From Priapulus caudatus (Eukaryota), in contig NW_014577073.1 of assembly GCF_000485595.1 (NCBI RefSeq), positions 606,816-628,417 of the forward strand: a stretch of DNA of 21,602 nt, given 5' to 3'. The position numbers were made by a program, and so were the translations under genes. Under the pieces are notes generated by a model. It made no database searches. It was given only the letters and a program-made list of their open reading frames with translations, and was not told the origin of the DNA. How positions within the stretch are numbered: the first letter of the stretch is position 1; the number at the start of each line of letters is the position of its first letter. Shown in pieces: positions 11,901 to 19,155 of the stretch.

Positions 11901-13880
11901 CACTGCTCATTCTCTACAGTGTCACTCTGGCAGATCTCATTGATGTAATTCTGAAAGAAAATCGAAGTGACAGAGCTCAAACCACAACAAGTTACAGCTA
12001 GTATTCTAACAAACCACTCCACTATAACTGTCCCATTAATCTCTTGAATGCACAATGAACCACAAAATTTACTCTGAAATACACTTGCCTCATATCTCAA
12101 GCGGCTTTCATCTATTTTTTTCTTTTTTTGCATTATCACAACTCGCACACAATGTTAATACATTTATCTACATCTAAACAATGACGCTGTCATGTCAATC
12201 CAGCGGACAAATACAAGCCATCATGTTGCATTTTGATGAGAAAGGCACAATAACTAGTCATACTCTATTTCTCATTCTGAGCATAAGCTTATCATACCGA
12301 TGTTCAGAATCAGAGAGGATACTAAAAACATTCTTGGTTCTCGCATTTCAATCTGTAGCTAGGCACTAAGCAGTTTCCCTGTTGACACACCAATACGTAC
12401 GTTCATCTGCGCAATACCAGCGAGCCTAAGCGTCAGAGTGGATGAAGTGAAGAACTTGTAAGCCAAGGTGAGTCCCTCCTTGTCAAAGCTCACAGGTCCA
12501 TCGCCCAACTCCTTCACTGCAGTCCACATGAGGTCAGCCATGTTTCTGGTACCCGCCAGCCGCAGATCATTGTCCGATAGCTTGCACATGTACCTGAAGA
12601 ATTAACACCTAATTATACACATGCTACATAATTGTAATGACTCCAAATAATTGTAATAATTACACATTTTGTAATAATGTATGATTGTAATGTGTTGTGA
12701 TCATTGTTCACGCCAAGATAGTCCCTGTACACACAACTCGTGATTAACATTTCTAACGAACTATCGCATAAAATTGATCTGGAAGTCTTACCTTATTACA
12801 TTGGTCCTTAATGGCATAATACCTTGAAGGACAGCTGGAATGTTCATCCATAGGCGCAACTGCATAAATAAGAATAAGTCACAAAAATATTGAGCACTGT
12901 CAGACATAATTTCGTTGGAAACCTCCTTTGGTAATACATTATCCGATAGTAACCTTTTTAATATTACGATCCAGTTCATCATATTTCATCTAAAGCCTTG
13001 GCAAGTTGATCGACTATACTGAATACGTTCCAAATCGAAATAAATACCCAGTAAACCATTACAAACACAAAGAAGCAATAGAGTTTTTCCTAATATTGCC
13101 CAGTTTGAAGATGGCTGCAACACAGATTATTGCATAGAGTATTTTCGCACTCAAGCAGTATAACACAAACGCTAGGCAGCAGACTTGCTTCTGCTCTACA
13201 GTCCTGAGGGAACACACAATTTGGAAACACGACATGCATCTCTACAATCGGGATAGTTTTGCACACACAACTGAGGCTCCGTGGCCTGTCATTACTGCGA
13301 GTTACGTGTGAACAAACAATCACCTGAGGGGCAAAGATTTTTTTTTCAACAGCAAGGCAATGCCATGCACAGGGGGTATGTAACGAGACATCAACGTCGA
13401 GAGCTTACGTTGGCGACGATCGTAATAAGCGAGTAGGCGAGGTGGAATGGAAAGAAAGCCGGGTCGGCAAACTTGTAGCAGCGGCTCATGGCACGCAGAC
13501 CACCCTCCTCGCAGAAGAACACGACATTCTTCACGAGAAAGACGGGAACTTCTGGCTCCTGCAAACACAAGCAATCATTAGCGGGTCGCAGGCCTAGCGA
13601 TCATCCGGGTTACGAGAGCATTAGCTGATCGGCAGAGTAGAGTGCTGCTGCATTTAAGCACCGTTGCCGACTCCTTGACACTTTTAACTTGCTCATCGCT
13701 GATCAATTTCTACATTATTTCTAAGTTGAGTATATACCATTCAAGTTCTGCAGGATCTCTCTCTCTCTCTCTCTTGCTCTCTTCTCGTTCTTTCTCACTT
13801 GCTACTCTGTCCTCCACGCCTAGTTTAATTCCATCCCTTCTCTCTCTCCTTCTCACTCTCTTTCCCTCTCTCTCTTTCTC

Positions 13881-13912
<32 letters not shown>

Positions 13913-16900
13913 CCCACTCTCCCTAGATCGATCTTAATGTATATATGCGGGGACAGGGGCGCACTCGTCATACCTCGACGCCGGAGTGGCCGTGCTTGAA
14001 TGCGACATAGAGCGGGAAGTTGAGCAGGAAGACGCGCGAGATCGTGTGGAAGAGCCGCTCGCGCTCCTCGAGCGACCAGTGTGCCTTCAGCGCCGGGAAG
14101 CCACCGTTAATGATCTCCAGCTCGGCGTCCATCTCAAACGAGTCGCTCTGCGGGTCGTGCGCCGACGCCGGCGCCCCCTTCTTCTCCGCCGGCGGCGGCG
14201 GCAGCGCGGGAGACGCGGTGTCGCCGAGCGGCCGCCCGCTGCTCTCGCCCGCGGCATCCGTCGTCGTGACGACGCCCTCGTCGTCCGACACTCGCGTCCG
14301 CTTCGTCGGCGGGTCGTACGATTGGTCGACGGAGGTTTCGGCGGCAGCAGCGGCGGCGTCCCTCGCTCGGTCGTCGCTCACAGCGTCTTTCTGTTTGGCA
14401 TCTTGTGCGGAGCTCCTCTGACCTGCACCAGCTGTCGTAGGCACGCACACACGCGAGTGCGTAGAGCAAATTTACAGTGGTAAGCCTGAATATTCCTGAT
14501 TTTACACCGTACATGCATCATTTCCAAACGTTTTGACTAGGTGAATGCTTTTTTTTATACGTATATGGATATATATATATATAACTTCACATTTGCTTTA
14601 ACATGCTGGCTTAAAACGTGGGAAATTGAAATTCAAAAGTGCAACTTTTGCCACAGCCACCAGAGGCAGCACTTGCTATGGCACTGCCGATAACAAATAG
14701 CGATTTTAAAAGCAGATTTTGAATTATTTCTTATAGATAGTAACCATTAAAAATAAATATGTAGCATAAATAAACCAGAATTTAATTGCAAATAATGCAG
14801 AAGGGTGGGATATTCTTCTTTTAGTCCATATATATATATAACTATATATATAAATATATATTAGTCCAATATTAATAGCTAATGGAAATTTAAAGCTGTG
14901 TATGCAAGCACACCAGACACAAAACTTATGATCTATCATAATACATATTGGTATAGTCTTCCCATGAGATGTGATGGTGTCTACACTGGGTTGCAAATGT
15001 CAAAATTTTTTACACAGGCGAGAACCGACAAAATACAGGGAAACTGTGTTTTCTATGGCTTTATAGGTTGCATAAGCGTGGGACGTTTCCGATTTCCCGT
15101 TTGAAGAAAAGGATTCCGAGAAAATATAAATCTGCATTTACACTCCCAGAGATTCGCGCTGCCACACGTGACGTCGTGCGACGCCGTGTGAGTGAATATG
15201 TTGCTCATTCCTACCTGCCACATCTTGCTTTTCTGCAGAGGTCGCCGCTTGAGAATTCTCGCCGTCCTTGGGGCTGGGGCTCAGTCGCTCGATGAATTTG
15301 ATCGTGACGAGAAGGCAGTGCTGAACGACACCCTGGAATCTCTCCAGAGTTTTTCCATCTTTGCAGCAGCACAGACACTGCCTAAAGGACATATGTGGGT
15401 TAGACCGCAGACGTAATCAAACTAGATGTTAAGTGAAAGCTATGAATTTGGGACTAATAAACACACTATAATATCACCTGCTAAAAAATATCACCCCGTG
15501 CATAAATGGCAATGTCATCAAGAAATACATCTTGTAGAACCAGTTGAGCAAAGAAGATAGGGTTACCAGGGCTCCATCTGGGTGTTTTAAAGTTTAAGCC
15601 TAGACTTCAGCCACCAAAGTGAGTTTTTAGCCACCCATGAAAAACTATAGCTACTGTTCACTTTATCGTATGTGCTAAGCAAGGCATAAACAGGTGATGG
15701 GTATGGGAAAGGAGGTGTACAAAAACATTTTACAACACAACACTCCAATATGACGATTTCATTATTCAAACGTAATTTTGTGTGCAGTTAAACAATTCGC
15801 CATTTGTATTCGCCACTTAATGTAGTGAAATCACCACCGTTATTTATTGGTCGCATTTTGCGAAGGCAGCGAACGCCAGCAGTAGCCCTGGTTACGATGC
15901 ATGATTTAGCACAGATCACAAAAGAAACTAAATATGTGCCACTCTGCTAAAGTCTTTGCTTGGTGGTAAATTTTACTACGATGTCCTGTGCTGATTAAAC
16001 TTACCTCGGTGGCCAGCTCTGTATGTAGTTAACAGCTGCAATGACTTCATCCTTAGTCAATTCTAGCTCCAGTGACTCAGCAACTCTGTCATCATCTGAA
16101 AGATGGGAATGCTACCTAGTACCTACGTATTTACAGTACAGATGTGAATTTCCTCGGGGTATAAAGACCCGGATCCGGTTGTCAGAAACATCGCAAACAT
16201 TTATGGCATCATAAGTATAAAATGTAATCAAAAAACTTACCGACACTTACTGTTATTGCTTGAGTAGCAGCAACTGTCTAGAGTAAGGTTATCTGGCTAT
16301 TTCCGATTACTCTTTTTGATTACCACCCTCATTTCTCACAAATCTCGGACATCCCGAGATATCGGCCATTTCAGAATTGAAACAAAGTCAATTACACAGA
16401 ATCAGATGCCTTTTCATTTGAATTACGTGCAGAATGGGTGCACTTGTAACTTGTTGGTGGACTACGGTGCCATTTACAAATTTATTGTCGCTATGCCTAT
16501 AGTATAATCAAATATGCCATGGTGTTTAATTTTCAATGCTATAACAGCATAATTTCGTAGTGTTTTTCAAGTTGGATTAATCAGTAATATATCTTTTATT
16601 ACTATTAGGTGAGACTATATTTAGCTATGTTTTTTTAGATTGTGCATATTGGAGCAATGATTTCGAAATAAATCCTTTGATATCTATTTATCCCTCACAT
16701 ACTATAATAAATAAATTGACTCAAGACACAGTCCTCACTCTATATCACAGTAACAACACCAAACTGACTCAGTCAGTGCCCACTGCCTACACTGGCTACA
16801 ATGGTAAAAAATCGGCTTTTTTTCCTAACCATGCTCTCTATCCTTGAGCCGTACATCACTAGGCCACACATACAGTCATACATGGATGATGGTACCCTCA

Positions 16901-17193
16901 CTCAGTACTACATCAGTACATGGACCTCGGTAGCACTGTTGGTTGACATACAGACCATATTAAATATGATAATGCGTCCCATACAGTGATGAGTGATCAC
17001 AAAAGAGTCGATGATGCAAGTGGGGACAGAGCTGAAGTACTTGTTCTAACCACCAAGCACGACAAGTTGTACACGACACGTAGAGGTGCACTGGTTTACA
17101 TACGGTGAACTTAGATTATCTACGATCAATACCACTTATATTCAACTTACATGAATCTAATATTTCAAGAAACTCTGCACACAAATCACACAT
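83..17193 (-). CDS. USP34: USP34-like ubiquitin carboxyl-terminal hydrolase 34, N-terminal ~1420 aa, spliced gene span (27 identifiable exons, 3'-partial)
   Basis: Spliced translation is colinear with human USP34 as I recall it: MCDLCAEF, RQCLCC, RNMADLMW, EHLFGPNLHVE, SDKNMADFDGEE, QVRLQFL..IFSTLGSPD, LWGIALRA, GPVRMI..G.ELT.D.DEK.LHE, PMLLLLQE. GT-AG boundaries have consistent phases. Confidence 0.97.
809..1078 (-). CDS. USP34: USP34 exon (FQKK-Q10-...GPVRMITQGQELTPDLDEKSLHEMQFKDNQ)
   Basis: Acceptor ttctag (alternative in-frame tttcag 6 nt downstream), donor CAG|GTGGCG, 270 nt; resembles human GPVRMISSGHELTTDYDEKALHELGFKDMQ. Confidence 0.92.
1159..1487 (+). mobile_element. Non-autonomous Helentron-associated (HINE/DINE-1-like) element in a USP34 intron
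   Basis: 5' TTATT then hairpin ACCTCCGCCA/TGGCGGAGGT (1164-1189), GT-rich tract, internal (TTTA)n, 3' sub-terminal inverted repeat TGGCAGAGGT (1454-1463), small hairpin GTGCTC-tcc-GAGTGC, then CTAGTT. This matches the HINE/DINE-1 layout. Confidence 0.72.
1538..1609 (-). CDS. USP34: USP34 exon (TPLDLMSCDLISDLRAEVTRWWSQ)
   Basis: Acceptor gccgtag, donor CAG|GTATGT, 72 nt; resembles human DQVADLRAEVTHW. Confidence 0.92.
2108..2234 (-). CDS. USP34: USP34 exon (YAYQLREWSMDGCGISSHQKGILQTNAVPIRLLLQPGGSTEK)
   Basis: Acceptor gcttcag, donor AAG|GTGAGC, 127 nt; resembles human FAYHLRQWQIEGTGISSH...QPAGLPDK. Confidence 0.94.
2495..2571 (-). CDS. USP34: USP34 exon (CPEPSLLIIQRGLVLLKTHLEVFRK)
   Basis: Acceptor attgcag, donor AA|GTATGT, 77 nt; resembles human SLMVIERGLLMLKTHLEAFRR. 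Confidence 0.94.
2766..2851 (-). CDS. USP34: USP34 exon (VGQGSLEKEEEFINRCLASLTKASTNLDK)
   Basis: Acceptor catacag, donor AAG|GTTAGT, 86 nt; resembles human LEKEQEFISKCMESL. Confidence 0.92.
3215..3431 (-). CDS. USP34: USP34 exon (MPLLQPEQTTMIGLNLFQQLC...LWGIALRA...AIQYLNSYYIN)
   Basis: Acceptor gttacag, donor G|GTACAT, 217 nt; strong motif match. Confidence 0.95.
3899..4053 (-). CDS. USP34: USP34 exon (LNQDQVDTLWACLAEDPEC...FKHIFINK)
   Basis: Acceptor tccgcag, donor AAG|GTGAGT, 155 nt; resembles human QVDILWHCLVEDSEC. Confidence 0.95.
4613..4695 (-). CDS. USP34: USP34 exon (YPHVVQVQVRLQFLTHIFSTLGSPDSF)
   Basis: Acceptor ttcggcag, donor A|GTAAGT, 83 nt; resembles human VQVRLQFLTCVFSTLGSPDHF. 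Confidence 0.95.
5004..5099 (-). CDS. USP34: USP34 exon (WAEREHKMMQHFFNNLVTCIENVRSGTADFTL)
   Basis: Acceptor attttag, donor CT|GTATGT, 96 nt; resembles human WAEKELNMMKLFFDNLV. Confidence 0.93.
5414..5503 (-). CDS. USP34: USP34 exon (SVVISLRILPKLFASFQPYRTGIDTHSVVM)
   Basis: Acceptor ttcactag, donor AT|GTGAGT, 90 nt, phase 2 to 2; resembles human SVVISLRLLPKLFGTFQ...DTHWITM. Confidence 0.93.
5844..5931. other. Assembly gap (88 N)
   Basis: Run of N. Confidence 0.99.
5932..5999. repeat. (AAC)n microsatellite
   Basis: Direct observation, abuts the gap. Confidence 0.95.
6030..6304 (-). CDS. USP34: USP34 coding exon 16 (DILSADDGSCASSRASIKSDKNMADFDGEE...QHLASVVSLY)
   Basis: Acceptor cttgcag, donor C|GTAAGC, 275 nt; resembles human DMLSADDVSCSSSQVSAKSEKNMADFDGEE. 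Confidence 0.9.
6798..6958. repeat. (CA)n/(GCAC)n microsatellite abutting an exon donor
   Basis: Direct observation. Confidence 0.92.
6959..7487 (-). CDS. USP34: USP34 coding exon 15 (disordered insert, ends EVYDCRARLNILAEMEAAERLQHQ)
   Basis: Acceptor caacag, donor AG|GTGCGT, 529 nt, phase 1 to 2; EVYDCR resembles human ELFNCR. Confidence 0.82.
8061..8322 (-). CDS. USP34: USP34 coding exon 14 (acidic/Ser-rich, polyE, HKRRRRGK)
   Basis: GC-rich open frame; donor G|GTACGT in phase 1 fits the next exon; 5' boundary relies on a weak AAG acceptor and is uncertain. Confidence 0.7.
8349..8582. repeat. 37-bp minisatellite (GGTTCACATGAGCTGGAGTGATCGGTGAGTGGTGAGT), at least 6.3 copies, runs into the gap
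   Basis: Units start at 8349, 8386, 8423, 8460, 8497, 8534, 8571 and are near-identical. Confidence 0.97.
8583..8711. other. Assembly gap (129 N)
   Basis: Run of N. Confidence 0.99.
8712..8851. repeat. (GAAT)n/(AAAT)n microsatellite
   Basis: Direct observation. Confidence 0.95.
8926..9053 (-). CDS. USP34: USP34 coding exon 13 (Ser-rich: GESRLDDEC-polyS-DNSISAHAGHSDEETTHILMQHR)
   Basis: Acceptor ccttgcag in matching phase 1; donor AGG|GTTAGC; low complexity, so supported by phase and position rather than identity. Confidence 0.72.
9381..9459 (-). CDS. USP34: USP34 coding exon 12 (TLYLASAIIKFMWATGSSVHTPSKLA)
   Basis: Acceptor tattgcag, donor G|GTAGAA with an in-frame stop soon after; 79 nt; resembles human TLYLASMLIKALW. 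Confidence 0.88.
9786..9881. repeat. 30-bp perfect tandem repeat x3.2 overlapping the exon 11 donor
   Basis: ACCTGCCAGCAGATGACATACAGTGTGTTT at 9786, 9816, 9846, plus ACCTGC at 9876. Confidence 0.97.
9878..10003 (-). CDS. USP34: USP34 coding exon 11 (LKHCGRQVHDVLPSLIKNLEP...AHTEQ)
   Basis: Acceptor tgttgcag, donor CAG|GTAAAC, 126 nt; resembles human LKHCSRYIHDLFPSLIKNL...HTEQ. Confidence 0.94.
10454..10858. repeat. 50-bp minisatellite, about 8 copies
   Basis: CATACAGCCCACACTTGTTTCCCCTCTGAGAGGCGCGCGGTTTGTGAATC with an exact 50-nt period and few substitutions. Confidence 0.98.
10876..10968 (-). CDS. USP34: USP34 coding exon 10 (LIKQSHAVLNFLAVEGRITPEHIYCVWAAAQ)
   Basis: Acceptor ctttgcag, donor CAG|GTAAGA, 93 nt; resembles human IIKQCQVILNFLAAEGRLS...IWAAAQ. 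Confidence 0.95.
11003..11296. repeat. Diverged tandem duplication (145 and 149 bp units)
   Basis: AGTATGAA.GTATCGGTGA...AAGTGAGAGTAC...GTCAAGG.AAAAGGT.ATTTTAG...AAATGCTTCC occurs at 11003-11147 and 11148-11296. Confidence 0.88.
11518..11629 (-). CDS. USP34: USP34 coding exon 9 (YAGKQHLHIARAADALAQWLLQNKIIEHLFGPNLHVE)
   Basis: Acceptor aaacag, donor GAG|GTATCT, 112 nt; resembles human LADWLISNNVVEHIFGPNLHIE. Confidence 0.92.
11904..11950 (-). CDS. USP34: USP34 coding exon 8 (NYINEICQSDTVENEQ)
   Basis: Acceptor ttctttcag, donor CA|GTGAGT, 47 nt, phase 0 to 2 bridges its neighbours. Confidence 0.85.
12401..12593 (-). CDS. USP34: USP34 coding exon 7 (YMCKLSDNDLRLAGTRNMADLMW...RLAGIAQMN)
   Basis: Acceptor tcttcag, donor AAC|GTACGT, 193 nt, phase 2 to 0; strong motif match. 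Confidence 0.95.
12792..12859 (-). CDS. USP34: USP34 coding exon 6 (LRLWMNIPAVLQGIMPLRTNVIR)
   Basis: Acceptor ttatgcag, donor AG|GTAAGA, 68 nt; resembles human IRIWLHIPAVMQHIIPFRTYVIR. Confidence 0.95.
13409..13558 (-). CDS. USP34: USP34 coding exon 5 (EPEVPVFLVKNVVFFCEEGGL...LITIVAN)
   Basis: Acceptor tttgcag, donor AAC|GTAAGC, 150 nt, phase 0 to 0; resembles human DVEVPLHLLRYVCLFC...ITVVSN. Different frame from the listed ORF. Confidence 0.93.
13756..13923. repeat. Imperfect (CT)n tract
   Basis: Direct observation. Confidence 0.9.
13974..14431 (-). CDS. USP34: USP34 coding exon 4 (low-complexity insert then WSLEERERLFHTISRVFLLNFPLYVAFKHGHSGVE)
   Basis: Acceptor gacag (a second in-frame CAG lies 9 nt downstream), donor GAG|GTATGA, 458 nt, phase 1 to 0; resembles human WSTDEKEKLL...FPLYTAYKH. 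Confidence 0.88.
15215..15381 (-). CDS. USP34: USP34 coding exon 3 (QCLCCCKDGKTLERFQGVV...KQDVA)
   Basis: Acceptor cctttag, donor G|GTAGGA, 167 nt, phase 2 to 1; RQCLCC motif. Confidence 0.88.
16005..16095 (-). CDS. USP34: USP34 coding exon 2 (YDDRVAESLELELTKDEVIAAVNYIQSWPPR)
   Basis: Acceptor ctttcag, donor AG|GTAAGT, 91 nt, phase 1 to 2; resembles human LQLRKEHTLKIFTYINSWTQR. Confidence 0.92.
17151..17193 (-). CDS. USP34: USP34 coding exon 1 (MCDLCAEFLEILDS)
   Basis: AAG-ATG start, resembles human MCENCADLVEVLNE; donor T|GTAAGT; 43 nt, ends phase 1. Confidence 0.93.
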
Positions 17194-17295
17194 CTTCAGC
17201 CTATCATATAGGCAAGCCTTGCAAACGATTCGACCGTTTCGAGCGCAGAAATGTATATTTGTTTACGTTCATTCAAACTCAACATAAAGATTTTT

Positions 17296-17378
17296 CGCCA
17301 TGTTTCTTAGCGTGACGTCACGATGAAAATGCGGTGCCGTGAGGTTGGAATTTTCTATAAATTCGCATTAGATGGCGC
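17296..17378. promoter_or_regulatory. Candidate USP34 proximal promoter: YY1-like AACATGGCG (minus, 17296-17304), extended CRE/ATF palindrome CGTGACGTCACG (17311-17322), CTCF/YY1-like GCATTAGATGGCGC (17365-17378)
   Basis: Motifs seen directly, about 100-185 nt upstream of the ATG; function is inferred. Confidence 0.55.
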
Positions 17379-17427
17379 AACGAGCACAACCGAGAACAAT
17401 GCTTATAGCATGTATCATGTATATAAT

Positions 17428-17466
17428 CAGGAGTGAATAATAGAGACTCTCTATTATTCACTCCTG
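17428..17466. mobile_element. 39-bp perfect palindrome flanked by 7-bp direct repeat ATATAAT (mini-MITE or deleted DNA transposon remnant)
   Basis: CAGGAGTGAATAATAGAGA-C-TCTCTATTATTCACTCCTG; ATATAAT at 17421-17427 and 17467-17473. Confidence 0.6.
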
Positions 17467-17491
17467 ATATAATGTTTTCAGCTTAGCATGA

Positions 17492-17556
17492 ACACGCATA
17501 CACGCGCGCGCGCACACGCGCGCACGCACACACGCACACGCACGCACTCACACACT
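17492..17556. repeat. (CA)/(CG) mixed microsatellite
   Basis: Direct observation. Confidence 0.85.
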
Positions 17557-18397
17557 CAATACAGTATCCGCGCCCTAACCCTGTAGGGCCTACATTGGTA
17601 TGGCAACGGACCTTCGGCGGAGCATTGCCACCACATTGAAATTTGAAGGAGCGAGGGTGCATTTATCGATGCACACTTTCTCTAGGCATGCCGCCCTCTA
17701 AATGCTTAACGTCGGCCCTAAAGCACACAGCACACTTCACCATTTTCGTTGCTCGTACAGGCAATTTTCGTTGTCGGCAATTTTTGTGACCTTTGCCGCG
17801 TCACAGCACACGTCACCACTGTACTGTTGACGGCAATTTTTGTTGCTATAGATGTTGTAGCTTTAACTCATTCATATACAGTTATCAAATAAAGGAAATA
17901 TATAAATTATAAATATAATATAAAAATATAAAAATATATAAATATATATAACGCGTTTGCGCGTGCGTGTGTGAGTGTATGCGCGTGTGCGTTTCAGCCT
18001 CCATGTGTGGAAGGAGTTCATGCTGCTCTAGATTGGATGGTCTCCGTTTTGGATACCCCGTCTACGTTGAGGAACGGGTCGTATTATGCGCTCCCGTTTG
18101 CAAGTCTAAAACTGCCGTTGCGCTAACCGTAGTATTTCAGCGTAATATGAGGGGAAAAAGTGCCGGTCAGGAAGACCGCGAGTTTCGTAGAGATGGTGGC
18201 CCAAGCAAAAAGGTGTGCTGGGCCTCCGGGTCGGAACTAATTTCTAACGCTGCCGGCGGCACGGGAGCGATTTTTTCTCGTATCTTCCAAAATTTTCGCT
18301 CTCGTAATTGTTGTTAACTTGTTACCAGAGCGCTTTGAAAGCTGACGGGAGCGAAATCGCTCGCCGCTCCCGTGTATGTTTTTCGCTAGTGCGTTTT

Positions 18398-18409
18398 GCG
18401 CGCGCGCGC

Positions 18410-18503
<94 letters not shown>
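18398..18503. repeat. (GC)n-(GT)n microsatellite
   Basis: Direct observation. Confidence 0.95.
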
Positions 18504-18506
<3 letters not shown>

Positions 18507-18787
18507 ATTTGTCGATTCTTGAATACCTAGATAGATCTTATCGTAATTAATAGGCTTTATTAACTGAACTCGGAGTCACCTTGATCAGCTGGCCTGTTTA
18601 TAATCTAATATTTTTGTTTTTTAGGGGATGGCAAGAACTTTGATGACCTGCAGGGTCTTTCGCCACCCCAGTGAGCTATATCTATCACATTATGTATTGT
18701 GACCTTTCATTCTACATATGTATCGTTGTATACTGAATGTAAATACTCGTCTTATGCACAAATAAATTAATTTGAATCTTGAAATCT

Positions 18788-18817
18788 TGTGTGTGTGTGT
18801 GTTGTGTGGTGTGTTGT

Positions 18818-18862
<45 letters not shown>

Positions 18863-19155
18863 GTGTGTGGGTGTGTATGTGACTGTATGTGTGCGTGTGC
18901 GTGCGTGTGCGTGTGCGTGTGTGAGGGAGAGAGAGATAGAGAGAGAAGATTGATACGAGAGAAGAGAGAGAGAGAGATACGGGAAAGACAGGAACAGAGA
19001 GAGACAGAGATACAGAGAGAGATGAGAGAGGAAAGAGAGAGAGAGAGAGAGAGAGAGGAAAGAAGAGTCAGAGAAGGAGAGAGAATGAGAGACGAGAGAG
19101 AGAGAGAGAGAGAGATGAGACGAGCAGAGAGAGAGAGAGACGAGAAGAGAGACGA
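18788..19155. repeat. Compound (GT)n followed by imperfect (GA)n microsatellite
   Basis: Direct observation; explains ORF 18779..19189. Confidence 0.95.

Noticed and set aside
12900..12982. Intronic C/D-box snoRNA on the sense (minus) strand: ATGATGA...CTGA, 83 nt
   Set aside because: No terminal stem and no rRNA or snRNA complementarity I could recognise; a snoscan or Rfam search would be needed to revive it.
14658..14671. CTCF-like CCACCAGAGGCAGC
   Set aside because: One base short in the G-rich core, with no other support.
16986..17035. C/D-box-like GTGATGA...CTGA on the plus strand
   Set aside because: Only 50 nt, antisense to the host intron, and a 3-bp terminal stem.
17967..18317. 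116-aa plus-strand ORF as a divergent gene
   Set aside because: Starts in a microsatellite, runs into repeat-like sequence and shows no recognisable homology.
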